Assembly (NCBI RefSeq): GCF_012295525.1
Contig: NZ_CP051167.1
Coordinates: 5,557,299 to 5,621,298, forward strand
Source of the DNA: Oxynema aestuarii AP17
GTDB taxonomy: Bacteria > Cyanobacteriota > Cyanobacteriia > Cyanobacteriales > Laspinemataceae
Length of the DNA: 64,000 bases
Direction of reading: 5' to 3'
A program made the position numbers and the translations under genes. How positions within the stretch are numbered: position 1 is the stretch's first letter; every line of letters begins with the position of its first letter. Below, piece by piece: positions 40,198 to 49,287 of the stretch. The notes beneath the pieces are model-generated. The model searched no databases. It worked only from the letters and a program-made list of their open reading frames with translations, and was not told the DNA's origin.

Positions 40198-41295
40198 ATG
40201 ATGACGCCATTCGGTGGGAGTTATCTGGAGATAGAGGAAGACTTGCCAGACCTCCAAGACTCCCCCGATGAAACATCTAATTTGCCAGATTTGCTCAATC
40301 CTCCTCCCCTGGAGGCAGACCCCGCACCCACCGTAAAACCCTCAGTCAATCATGCCCGGTTATGGCTGATTATCGGAACGATAGGGGTGGGGTTAGCCGT
40401 TTCAGCCATCGCCCAAAATCAACCCCAATTTAGCCAAATTTCTCTCCCCCAACTCAACCCGCAGACAGGCCAACAAACCCACCAAAAACCTATCTGCCGC
40501 GAGGGGGAACAATCGATGGCGGGTTGTATCCCCTTGCCAGCCCTTGACCCGGCTGAGATGAGGCGGAATGAGTTGCTGGCAAAAACCCTGATAGAAACCT
40601 CCATGCAGCAGACGGCAATCGACCGGGCAAGGCGGGATAACCTGTTGGCTCTATTCGCACCCAACCATAAAGAGGGAGATTACACTCCCCTGGATATTAA
40701 GTTAGTGCGAGAGATGGCTCGACAATCCCAAAACTTGAGGGAATTGGGCCAATTTGAATATTCCGGTGAAGCCTCAATTATTGATATCCCTCGGGTCTAC
40801 AATTCCGACGCCCGTGCGGTTGTTCTAGCAGCCCTGACCCGGATTGGTGAGCAGAGTTTAGTCCAGTCATTCTTAGCCCAACAACTCCAGACTCTCACCA
40901 ACGAACTGAACGAGATTTTAGCCCCGACGATGGGGGAAGTAACCGACAGCAACCGCGCCACATTTGAGCGCCTATCCAGCGAGATTGATGCGGTAAACGA
41001 CGCAATCCGGGCCAGCGCCGGAGGAAATACCCCGGAACCCATCAACCTCGCCTACCTGGCTTCGTTGATGGAGCAACTCACCCTGGAATCAGCCAACCAG
41101 TTGAGCCGTGAAGACTATATGCGCCTGCGGATGGAGGCGCGGCAACAGGCCATCACCGAGGAGATGGAACGCCAAAAACAACTCCAGGAGATTGAGCGCA
41201 TCCGCCAACAAAGCGGGATTGCCCTCCCCAGCAGATCGCGTAGCGTCTCGGAACGAGAATCGCCCACAGGAGGCCCACCTGATGAGCCGAACTAA
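40198..41295 (+). CDS. membrane-anchored protein with acidic N-terminus and long coiled-coil/Gln-rich ectodomain
   Basis: One transmembrane helix (LWLIIGTIGVGLAVSAIA). Predicted helical C-terminal 250 aa. Its stop overlaps the next gene's start by 14 nt. Confidence 0.5.
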   Translation: MMTPFGGSYLEIEEDLPDLQDSPDETSNLPDLLNPPPLEADPAPTVKPSVNHARLWLIIGTIGVGLAVSAIAQNQPQFSQISLPQLNPQTGQQTHQKPICREGEQSMAGCIPLPALDPAEMRRNELLAKTLIETSMQQTAIDRARRDNLLALFAPNHKEGDYTPLDIKLVREMARQSQNLRELGQFEYSGEASIIDIPRVYNSDARAVVLAALTRIGEQSLVQSFLAQQLQTLTNELNEILAPTMGEVTDSNRATFERLSSEIDAVNDAIRASAGGNTPEPINLAYLASLMEQLTLESANQLSREDYMRLRMEARQQAITEEMERQKQLQEIERIRQQSGIALPSRSRSVSERESPTGGPPDEPN

Positions 41296-42727
41296 ACCTG
41301 ACCCGCTGACAACCCGCCAGCTAGGTTTACTCCTAGCGGCCACTTTATTTAGTGGGTCCATCGCTGCCTGGATTGCCTCCCTCACTCCCCAAACCACTTC
41401 GGCAGTGCGCCAAACTCAAGGGGCCATTGATGTACTCACCGAACGGACCCCGAACGACAACTGGGGATTTTTTCTGGGGACCTCCATCGCCTGCCTCGCG
41501 GGAGGAAGTTTGATTCTCAGCCGCAAGGAATTTTTTGACCCCTCCACCCTCCGGGATGACGCCATCAGCACCATCCTTGCCTTGACTTCCCACTCGAATT
41601 ACCTACTCGCGGGAGGTCTCCAAGCTACTGCCAAAATTGCCCTGACCTCACCCCCAGCGAAAAAAGGGAAAGAGGTGGTCTTGCGTGTCATCCCTCCGCA
41701 GTTGAAAAGCGCGGCTGAGAAGTTGAGTGGCGATCGCAAATGGTTCGTGGAGTGGGCTGGATTCCGGAAGGGGTTAGGCGGTCAATCCTGGCAGTGCAAC
41801 TTCGTTGTGGGCTTGCCTGGGAGCGGCAAAACCACCGTGGTCAACGAGATTATCGTCGGGTTCATCCGCTTTAGTGAAGGCACTGGGCAGCTTCGGATAT
41901 TCGACATCAACTACGGCAAACCCGATGACTCGGGGCGAGTAAATACCTGGATGGGTTTACCCCTGAATCAAATAGTAGAGGCCCAATTTGACCGCATCCA
42001 TGCGGGGATTAATGCGGTCTGGGATGAGTTGGAAAAGCGCCGTCAGCAAGCAATTAAAGTCGCGAGTGATGGGGGCAAGCAAACCCTCAACTTCACCCCC
42101 CTGCTCTGTGTTATCGACGAGTTGCCCGCACTCATGAACACCGCCAAGCAGCATGAGGTGGATGAGGAGATTAAGGAGAAGATAGCCGACATCCTGACAA
42201 TGGGGCGCGGTTACCGGGTCAAGCTCCTCCTCATCTCCCAGATGCTCGCCGTTGGCTCGGTCGCCCTGACTAAGGCTCAACAGCAACAAGTTAACAAGTT
42301 AATCCTGGGGACATCCGCCCTTGACGCCGACATCATCAACCGCATCCCCGGGACTGCCCAAGATTTGAGAGGGGAAATCGAGCCTTTACTAAAACAGAAA
42401 AAGCGGGCTTGTGTGGTGCAGTTTGGCGCATCACTCCCCGAGGTTAGAGTCATCCCAGAAATCGACATCAAAGCTCACCGGGTAAGGGTTTGCGCTACTG
42501 ACCCGGACGAGGTTTGGTGGCGTGAAACCTGGACGGGAGAGACCCGAAAGCGGGTAGAAGAACTCGCCCGAAGTTACGCCAATGGCGAGATTAAATCGCC
42601 TCTAAAGGGGGAAGTTATCTCGCTGTTCAATATCACCAACATGAGTAGAGACGAGCGTTACAAGCGCTTTGTTAGCCCCGTCTGGAACGAGTTAGTTAAT
42701 CAACATAAAACGGAGCAAAAACCATGA
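41282..42727 (+). CDS. membrane-anchored P-loop NTPase, FtsK/SpoIIIE- or TraD/VirD4-like (putative DNA translocase/coupling protein)
   Basis: Two N-terminal transmembrane helices. Walker A VVGLPGSGKTTVVNE, Walker B LLCVIDELPALM. Start at the ATG at 41282 (MSRTKPD); the track ORF begins at 41108 inside the upstream gene. Confidence 0.75.
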   Translation: MSRTKPDPLTTRQLGLLLAATLFSGSIAAWIASLTPQTTSAVRQTQGAIDVLTERTPNDNWGFFLGTSIACLAGGSLILSRKEFFDPSTLRDDAISTILALTSHSNYLLAGGLQATAKIALTSPPAKKGKEVVLRVIPPQLKSAAEKLSGDRKWFVEWAGFRKGLGGQSWQCNFVVGLPGSGKTTVVNEIIVGFIRFSEGTGQLRIFDINYGKPDDSGRVNTWMGLPLNQIVEAQFDRIHAGINAVWDELEKRRQQAIKVASDGGKQTLNFTPLLCVIDELPALMNTAKQHEVDEEIKEKIADILTMGRGYRVKLLLISQMLAVGSVALTKAQQQQVNKLILGTSALDADIINRIPGTAQDLRGEIEPLLKQKKRACVVQFGASLPEVRVIPEIDIKAHRVRVCATDPDEVWWRETWTGETRKRVEELARSYANGEIKSPLKGEVISLFNITNMSRDERYKRFVSPVWNELVNQHKTEQKP

Positions 42728-43347
42728 TTAAAAATGTAGGCACGGCCATCATTGGCGCGGGTGCAATTTGGGTTCTTTGGAGTCCGCTCATTGCCCCAAT
42801 CGGGCGGGGGATGTTTACCCAGCGAATCAATCCCTCTCGCAATGCTTCCCCTGATAGTGTGGTGCAGTTTTTTAGTGCGGGGACTGCGAACATGATTGGT
42901 AAGGGTTTTGAGAACTATGATACCGAAAACCTCGGACGACGGTTTGACGAACCCAACCCTCAGATTCGCTTACCGGGTGATGATTTATGGCTCACAGACC
43001 CACGCCGTTATATCCCCTTTTTGCGCCCCAACCCCCAGCAACCGCAACAACAGCAGCGGAATTTATCGCCCCATAACCAGGTAGTCACCCCGAACGAAAA
43101 CTGCCCACCGGACCAGCAATGGATTGATGCCACGGAACCCGACAAAAACCCAGATCAACCGAACCGACTCCAGGCGATCGCCACCGAACCCAACAAAACC
43201 CCAACTCAACCGCACCTCCGTTGTCCCCTACGTTATCTGGACCGACTCCAGGCGATCGCCAACTTCCTCAACAAAACCCCCTATCAACCGGACCTGAGTT
43301 GTCCCCGGCGTCAGCCTCACCCACTCAATCCAAACCGGACATCTTGA
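42724..43347 (+). CDS. membrane protein with Pro/Gln-rich repetitive C-terminus
   Basis: N-terminal transmembrane helix (VGTAIIGAGAIWVLWSPLIAPI). Internal repeat PDQPNRLQAIATEPNKTPTQP / LDRLQAIANFLNKTPYQP. Confidence 0.4.
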   Translation: MIKNVGTAIIGAGAIWVLWSPLIAPIGRGMFTQRINPSRNASPDSVVQFFSAGTANMIGKGFENYDTENLGRRFDEPNPQIRLPGDDLWLTDPRRYIPFLRPNPQQPQQQQRNLSPHNQVVTPNENCPPDQQWIDATEPDKNPDQPNRLQAIATEPNKTPTQPHLRCPLRYLDRLQAIANFLNKTPYQPDLSCPRRQPHPLNPNRTS

Positions 43348-44129
43348 ATGAGGAGGAATATCATCAATGGTCCCGCCAGGTTGCGCCCGTCCTCAATACT
43401 TACCTCCAGCACCGAGGGATTCCAGTTATCGAAGGCAACCGCTTCCGGACTTATAAGCGCGGTCAATACCTCGTTTTGGAATATCGGGATGACTCCAGAA
43501 CACTGATGATTGCCCATAACAGTGACTCGGGTTCCTGGGAGATTCCGAACTGTTTCGCGGTTAAGCGGACCACTGCGGAGCACATTTTGTCACAGTTACT
43601 CCCGGCCATGCAGCGCACTATGAGGCTCAGTCATCCGAGTATCTCAGGCAAGTCTCCAACAGATCCGCCCACACCTCAACCCTCTCAGTCTCAAATCGCA
43701 ACACCGTCACCAACGCCCTCATCAACCCCAACCTCAACGCCAACACCATCACCCACCCCGTCCCCACCCTCTGTCCTGAATGAGCAGGAATATCAACAGT
43801 GGGTGAATACCGTGGCTCCATTCCTCAATACTTACCTGAAGCACCGGGGTGTGCGGATGTTCTCCGGCGATCGCTTCCGGACTTACAAGCGGGGTCAGTA
43901 CCTCGTTTTGGAATATCGGGATGGTTCGGGCACTCTGATTATTGGCCGACCCACTGGCAACGGGTCTTGGGAGACTCCCAAACAGTTTCCGGTCAAGGTC
44001 AAACGCGAGGACGCCAACTATATTGTGGAACGGTCTATCCCGCTGATGCAGGAAGATATCAGGCAACGTCAACAACGTTATAGGCCATCGAAACGCTCTC
44101 GTTCTAACCAACTGGATATCTCGGATTGA
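43221..44129 (+). CDS. protein with two tandem copies of a ~90-aa domain separated by a Pro/Ser/Thr linker
   Basis: EEEYHQWSRQVAPVLNTYLQHRGIPVIEGNRFRTYKRGQYLVLEYRDDSRTL... is repeated as EQEYQQWVNTVAPFLNTYLKHRGVRMFSGDRFRTYKRGQYLVLEYRDGSGTL.... The 5' end overlaps the upstream ORF by 127 nt, so the true start is uncertain. Confidence 0.5.
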   Translation: MSPTLSGPTPGDRQLPQQNPLSTGPELSPASASPTQSKPDILNEEEYHQWSRQVAPVLNTYLQHRGIPVIEGNRFRTYKRGQYLVLEYRDDSRTLMIAHNSDSGSWEIPNCFAVKRTTAEHILSQLLPAMQRTMRLSHPSISGKSPTDPPTPQPSQSQIATPSPTPSSTPTSTPTPSPTPSPPSVLNEQEYQQWVNTVAPFLNTYLKHRGVRMFSGDRFRTYKRGQYLVLEYRDGSGTLIIGRPTGNGSWETPKQFPVKVKREDANYIVERSIPLMQEDIRQRQQRYRPSKRSRSNQLDISD

Positions 44130-44224
44130 GGCGATCGCGGCATGGTGTTTTCGTACCCTTGAAGTCTCCTTGAGGCGATCGCACCCGGGTCATCCAAACC
44201 CAGCCACCGGCTTACTGAGTACCT

Positions 44225-44700
44225 GGTCTAGTTTTAGTCTACACTGCTGTCTACTATCATGCCCGGTAATTGTAAGCGCCCACCTCAAACCCCTAGGATA
44301 ATCCGGGTCCATCCCCTGTCTACAATTTTGTCTATTATAGGGAGCAAACCCGAGTGTAGTCCCCGTCTATAACCTTGTCTACTTCAGGGCTGTTCCCCGC
44401 CAAATTTTCCGCCTATAACCTTGCTAAGGGAGTCAATCCAAGTCTAGCCTCTGTCTATCCCCTGCCTAGACTACTATGGGTCACCGGGGTCAACACGGGT
44501 CTAACTGCTGTCTACAATCCCGTCTATCTCAGGGGGCCAACAAGGGTCTAGTTTTCGTCTACAATCCTGTCTATCCTAGCGGTCGAGATTGGTCTACCTC
44601 TTGTCTATCCTAGTGGGTGATATCGGTCTAGTTCTTGTCTACAACCCTGTCTAGTTTAGGGAGCCAACAACAGTCTAGTTTTCGTCTATATCTTTGTCTA
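44225..44700. repeat. iteron array A: ~10 units of 38-47 bp, each with three GTCTA(C/T/G) hexamers at ~11-12-bp spacing
   Basis: Example unit: gGTCTAgttttcGTCTACaatccTGTCTAtcctag. The units are unambiguous direct repeats. Immediately 3' of the RHH gene. Confidence 0.75.
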
Positions 44701-44708
44701 CAAATGCC

Positions 44709-45569
44709 CTAACCCTTTGGCTCAACGGGATAGTAGCGCTCTTTTTGATAGCTCCAGGCGATCTCTTCCGGGTCCTGTTGGCTGGTCCATTTGGCAAAGG
44801 CGTTCGTGCCTTTTTTCTTGCGGTTGGTGGTAATGCTCGACGGGCTGACTGACAACCGTTTTGCCAACTCCCGGCCACTGAGTCCTTGAGTGCGGAAATC
44901 TCCCGCCGCGTCTACTCCCTGCTTAGATTCCTGGGAACGGCTGAGATCGCCCCCGGTTGCTTCCTCCAAGCCCAATTCTCCAGAAGTCGCCTGAACCTCA
45001 CCCTCAACCGCATCATCACCCGAGTCTCCCGCCGCCTCTACAAAGCGCTCAGATTCTGGGGAAGCGTGGCGATCTCGAACGGTTACTTCCTCCAACTCCA
45101 ACTCTGCCGAAGTTGCCTGAATCTCTCCTTCAACTGGCGCATCACCCGAGTCTACCAGCGAGTCTACCTGCCCGTCTACATCAACCCGGGCCACCTCATC
45201 TACTGGTGCATCACCCGAGTCTCCCGGCGCGTCTAGCCCGTCTACCGGCGCGTCTACATTCTCATCTACATCAGAAGCAGACAGCCGTATTTCCAATGCT
45301 TTCAGGCGTTCCTCAAGGGTGCGAGTTACCCCCAGAATCGCCTGCTCAACCGCAGCGTCTACAAGGGATTGAACAGTCGCCGTCGTCTGAGGGGATGGCG
45401 GTTCTATTCCCAGGTACGCCTCAATCGCTTGGACAATAAATTCGCTGCGACTCGTATCCTGCCGTGCCTGATCAATCTGGGCCAACAGTTGGGGAGTGGT
45501 CCGGACATTCACCTGGGCGCGTCCCGATTTGGATGACTTCGCCTCGGCTTTTTTTGAGGGTCGGCTCAT
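44709..45569 (-). CDS. ribbon-helix-helix DNA-binding protein with acidic repeat region and basic C-terminal tail (candidate iteron-binding Rep/Par-type protein)
   Basis: N-terminal RAQVNVRTTPQLLAQIDQARQDTSRSEFIVQAIEAYL matches the CopG/ParG/omega RHH pattern. Central acidic repeats SGDAPVEGEIQATSAELELEEVT / SGDDAVEGEVQATSGELGLEEAT. C-terminus RKKKGTNAFAKWTSQQDPEEIAW. Confidence 0.6.
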   Translation of the reverse strand: MSRPSKKAEAKSSKSGRAQVNVRTTPQLLAQIDQARQDTSRSEFIVQAIEAYLGIEPPSPQTTATVQSLVDAAVEQAILGVTRTLEERLKALEIRLSASDVDENVDAPVDGLDAPGDSGDAPVDEVARVDVDGQVDSLVDSGDAPVEGEIQATSAELELEEVTVRDRHASPESERFVEAAGDSGDDAVEGEVQATSGELGLEEATGGDLSRSQESKQGVDAAGDFRTQGLSGRELAKRLSVSPSSITTNRKKKGTNAFAKWTSQQDPEEIAWSYQKERYYPVEPKG

Positions 45570-45590
45570 GTTTTTTCCTCTATTTTGAAT

Positions 45591-45835
45591 AGTCTACACT
45601 GAATCTACTATGAGTCTACGCTGAATCTATCATCAGTCTACAGTGAATCTACCCTCAGTCTACAATAAATCTATCATCAGTCTACAGTGAATCTACCCTC
45701 AGTCTACAATAAATCTATCATCAGTCTACAGTGAATCTACCCTCAGTCTACAGTGAATCTACCCTCAGTCTACAATAAATCTATCCTCAGTCTACACTGA
45801 ATCTACCCTCAGTCTACACTGAATCTACACCTAAT
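45591..45835. repeat. iteron array B: 11 contiguous 22-bp direct repeats (cAGTCTACagtGAATCTACcct) in the promoter region of the RHH gene
   Basis: Two alternating unit variants (cagtctacagtgaatctaccct / cagtctacaataaatctatcat). The GTCTAC core is shared with array A. Three inverted GTAGAC hexamers follow at 45925-45960. Confidence 0.8.
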
Positions 45836-46158
45836 CCGACATTGCTCCCCTAGAATTTTTCACTCCACTCTACTCCTCCGGCTGCAACCCCTAGTTTGGC
45901 TGTGGGGGGAAGCGGCACATCCCCTTCAAGTGTAGACAAACAAGTAGACTACTATTCAATCCTGTAGACGTTCGTTTTCTTCTTCCAACTCGGTGAGCCG
46001 TAACCGGAGTTCAGCCAGCGCCATCCCGATTTTCTCCTCCAATTCGTTGATGCGGTTGTTGAGCCGGTTCGACTCCCTTGCATCCAAATCCTCATCGCAA
46101 AGGGGCAAACGGGGTTTGAATAGCAACCATGCAGAAACTTACGCTAAGGCTAAAAGCC

Positions 46159-49100
46159 TTACATACAAGGGGTTTCACCCCATGTTTCTGGGAAATCATT
46201 GAGGTCACGTAAGGGACGCATCCCTCCATCAAGCAACTCCGAAGGCAAATTAAAGTGATAGCGACCCAGCATATTGATATGAGAATAGGCCAGAGGAGAT
46301 AGCCGAGCAATATCTTCTGCCTTGACCAGTGTTCCTTGAAGGCGTAGATGATTCAAGGCGGTATTCATGTAATAGGTATTCCATAAAACCAGCACATTAA
46401 CCACCAAACCTAAAGCTGATAGCTGCTCTTCCTGACCTTCTCGATAGCGTTGGCGTACCTCTCCTCGACGACCATAAAATATCGCTCTAGATAAACTATG
46501 ACGACCTTCTCCCCGATTTAATTGAGTAAGGATGCGACGGCGATAAGCCTCATCATCGACATAGTTCAACAAATACAAAGTCTTGGCAACTCGTCCTAAT
46601 TCCCCAATTGCCTTGGCTAAAGTAGAAGGCTTTTTTCCTAATTGCAAAGCTCGCATAATTTCTTGAGCGCTGACAGTTCCCAACTTCAATGAACCAGCTA
46701 CCCGGAGCAAATCATCCCAGTTCTGCTCAATTAAGTGTGTCTTGACCCACTGTCGTGCTAGTTTATCGAGAACTCCGTAATCAGCATTTGTATCAAGTCG
46801 CCAAAATCGAGCCTCCCCTACGTCTGCTAGACGAGGACTAAACTGATAACCTAACAACCAAAACAACCCAAACACCACATCGCTGTAACCAGAAGTATCT
46901 GTCATCAGTTCTTTAGGTTGTAGGCTAGTTTGTTGCTCTAATAATCCCACCAAAACAACCAGAGAATCCCGCAGCGTTCCTGGCACAACCAGACCATGAA
47001 AGCCCGTAAACTGATCGGAGGTAAAGTTATAGTAAGTAATGCCTCGTCCCTGACCAAAGTATTTACTGTTTGGCCCAGCGTTCAAAGTTCGTACAGGCAC
47101 CACAAAGCGCAAACCATCGGCTGAAGCCACTTCGCCACCTCCCCAATTTTGAGCGAGAGGAATTTGGGCCTGGGTATCAACCAGCCGCGCATTAGCTCGG
47201 ACAAGAGTTTCGGGGCGAATATAGTTTTGCTCTACCCAAGTGAGCCGAGAACGTGTTAAAGCCGGGAGATCTGGACGTACCAAGGGAGTCAATCCAATAT
47301 TGCAAGCTGAAGCAATTAACACAGCACAAATACTGGTGGATAAGTCTCTCACCCTGGCGAAACTTTCATTGATGTGGATGAACTCATCCATAAACCCAGT
47401 TTTGACTTGGATTTCCAGCAAGACTTCTGGTAAATCGACATGGGGAAGCAACGATTCAACTTGCTGTTTGAGGAGAAGGTAACTATCGGGTTCTTCCAAC
47501 TTATCCAGATTGCTGATAGTTAGAGTTTCACGCCCTTTGGTAACTTCAATTCTGACGGCAGCATTATTAGGTAAATTGTTGGCAGTCCGAGAGTAAGCTT
47601 CATCCAATTGTTGTCTAAGGACATTCAGTTCCTCGACAGGAGTTGGGTTAAGATTTAAAGCTCGACAGACGTGAGACCGAGCTGATTCCCAAGCACGACC
47701 CTGTAACAATTTAGCTTGAGGATTACTCCAACGCTCAGAAGGACTTACGAATAAGTCTCGACGACGAAGCCCTTCAACTAATTGCTCTAAGACACAAAAA
47801 GTATAGGCGCGACGGTCAATTCTACCATCAGAAAGAACGACCCACCGTCCCCAACTTTTGCTCACGACTTGAAGCGGTGCAGCCTTCATATCTGGCTTGG
47901 TTTGTCCCTCAATCGATTGGAGAAAACGCCAAGCGGCTAAGATAGGCTGACCCGCTTTGTTAGCCAAAAATTCAATCGTCAAGAGTAGGGTAGGAAGAAA
48001 ACACCGAGCCTGTCGCCAACGTCCCAACAATTCCTGATAATAATTATGGTCGGGAGGTCTTGCCAACTCTTCAACTTGAGTTACTGCCTTGGTCAATTGG
48101 TCTTTGGTTAGGAGCCTCCATACTTTTTCTCGCACCTTCTCATCATCGCAGTTAGGGTCAAGTAAAACTCGACCCACTTGGGAAAGTTGTAGAGCCGCTG
48201 CATCTAAATCTTTGAGCGTCCGGAGGCGTTCTTTCTTTCCCTCACGCGCTGAGCAGGAGAGTAAATCTTTGACGAGTAACTCTAACACATCAAGTGCATC
48301 ATCCGTAGCGATCGCTTCCATGACATAAGCGAAAGCAACCAGAGTGGCAAGGCGTCTTGAAGAGGGCATTCGTGCGATTGCCTGCGCTCTTACCGTTAAG
48401 GCAGTTCTGGATAAAGCTTTCAATTGAGTGGGTGGAATTTTAGCGACGGGAAGCTGCCTGATTCCTAGAGAACGAATGGTTACTAAGCGATTCAAAGCAT
48501 TTACTAGAGCTGAAGAACTGGTCCGGGTTGGCGAGCGCCGTAACTGCTCCAGAAGAGTGGGTCTCATTTTTTCATTGACGAAAAGTAAAGCTTCTAGTTG
48601 ATTGGTTTGCTCGGCATTAGGTAGTTTTGACAACAAAAGCCACAGACGCTTGGCGACCCGCTCACGCACACTGGAAATCAGCCGAACTAATACACTCACT
48701 CCCGGCAGAAGAATTTTGTTTTCAACCAATCGAGCTGTGGTTAGATCGAATAAAATACTTGGACTTTCGTCACTGACCCAAGCTCGTTCGTAAAGCCAAC
48801 GAACTAATCGCCAGTGAAAGGGTTGCTCGCTGAAATCTCGATAGGCGTAGTGCAGTTTAATGGCTTGTGCGTGTTCCCAATGAGTTGTGGGTCGTTCCAA
48901 ATAGCGGGGTAAACAGTTCTTATTGGTGATATCCAACTGGGCTGCCAGATCGGCAATGACAACTTGAGGGACATCAATAGGGTTGGTCAGGAACGTTCCT
49001 AGAAAGCGAACTGTACAAAGCTGTATCGCGAAGCCCAAGCGGTTATGGTCTCCACGGCGTTTGTTCACTAACTGTCGGGCTGTATCGTCTAAATGGAAAT

Positions 49101-49185
49101 AGCGAGCGAGCTGAACTGGCGTTGGGTCTCCCACATACCGTCCATAACTTTGTTGCTGTTCCTCCGTCAGAAATCGTATCGACAT
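46159..49185 (-). CDS. tnpA: Tn3-family DDE transposase
   Basis: 1008 aa. N-terminal DUF4158-type region (MSIRFLTEEQQQSYGRYVGDPTPVQLARYFHLDD). The C-terminal DDE core is typical of Tn3 TnpA. Confidence 0.95.
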   Translation of the reverse strand: MSIRFLTEEQQQSYGRYVGDPTPVQLARYFHLDDTARQLVNKRRGDHNRLGFAIQLCTVRFLGTFLTNPIDVPQVVIADLAAQLDITNKNCLPRYLERPTTHWEHAQAIKLHYAYRDFSEQPFHWRLVRWLYERAWVSDESPSILFDLTTARLVENKILLPGVSVLVRLISSVRERVAKRLWLLLSKLPNAEQTNQLEALLFVNEKMRPTLLEQLRRSPTRTSSSALVNALNRLVTIRSLGIRQLPVAKIPPTQLKALSRTALTVRAQAIARMPSSRRLATLVAFAYVMEAIATDDALDVLELLVKDLLSCSAREGKKERLRTLKDLDAAALQLSQVGRVLLDPNCDDEKVREKVWRLLTKDQLTKAVTQVEELARPPDHNYYQELLGRWRQARCFLPTLLLTIEFLANKAGQPILAAWRFLQSIEGQTKPDMKAAPLQVVSKSWGRWVVLSDGRIDRRAYTFCVLEQLVEGLRRRDLFVSPSERWSNPQAKLLQGRAWESARSHVCRALNLNPTPVEELNVLRQQLDEAYSRTANNLPNNAAVRIEVTKGRETLTISNLDKLEEPDSYLLLKQQVESLLPHVDLPEVLLEIQVKTGFMDEFIHINESFARVRDLSTSICAVLIASACNIGLTPLVRPDLPALTRSRLTWVEQNYIRPETLVRANARLVDTQAQIPLAQNWGGGEVASADGLRFVVPVRTLNAGPNSKYFGQGRGITYYNFTSDQFTGFHGLVVPGTLRDSLVVLVGLLEQQTSLQPKELMTDTSGYSDVVFGLFWLLGYQFSPRLADVGEARFWRLDTNADYGVLDKLARQWVKTHLIEQNWDDLLRVAGSLKLGTVSAQEIMRALQLGKKPSTLAKAIGELGRVAKTLYLLNYVDDEAYRRRILTQLNRGEGRHSLSRAIFYGRRGEVRQRYREGQEEQLSALGLVVNVLVLWNTYYMNTALNHLRLQGTLVKAEDIARLSPLAYSHINMLGRYHFNLPSELLDGGMRPLRDLNDFPETWGETPCM

Positions 49186-49287
49186 TCTGTGACTGGCTGT
49201 TTGTACCCGTAAGACTATAATCTATTTGGTACACTGAAAGGGAACGATAGCATTAGGGTTTTCACTCTTGTTTCACAGAGGGATTAA
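49186..49287. promoter_or_regulatory. putative res (resolution) site / divergent tnpA-tnpR promoter region
   Basis: 102-bp interval between divergent tnpA and tnpR. Contains the inverted motif tgtaccc...ggtaca (tgtacccgtaagactataatctatttggtaca). The position is canonical for Tn3-family res sites. Confidence 0.45.

Noticed and set aside
41108-41281. Upstream extension of the P-loop ATPase ORF (MKTICACGWRRGNRPS...)
   Set aside because: It lies inside the preceding gene in another frame and is Arg-rich junk. The ATG at 41282 is followed by two transmembrane helices and fits operon coupling.
45591-45835. Eleven identical-length 22-bp direct repeats that superficially resemble a CRISPR array
   Set aside because: The repeats are contiguous with no unique spacers between them. 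The unit is too short and there are no cas genes. Interpreted as iterons instead.
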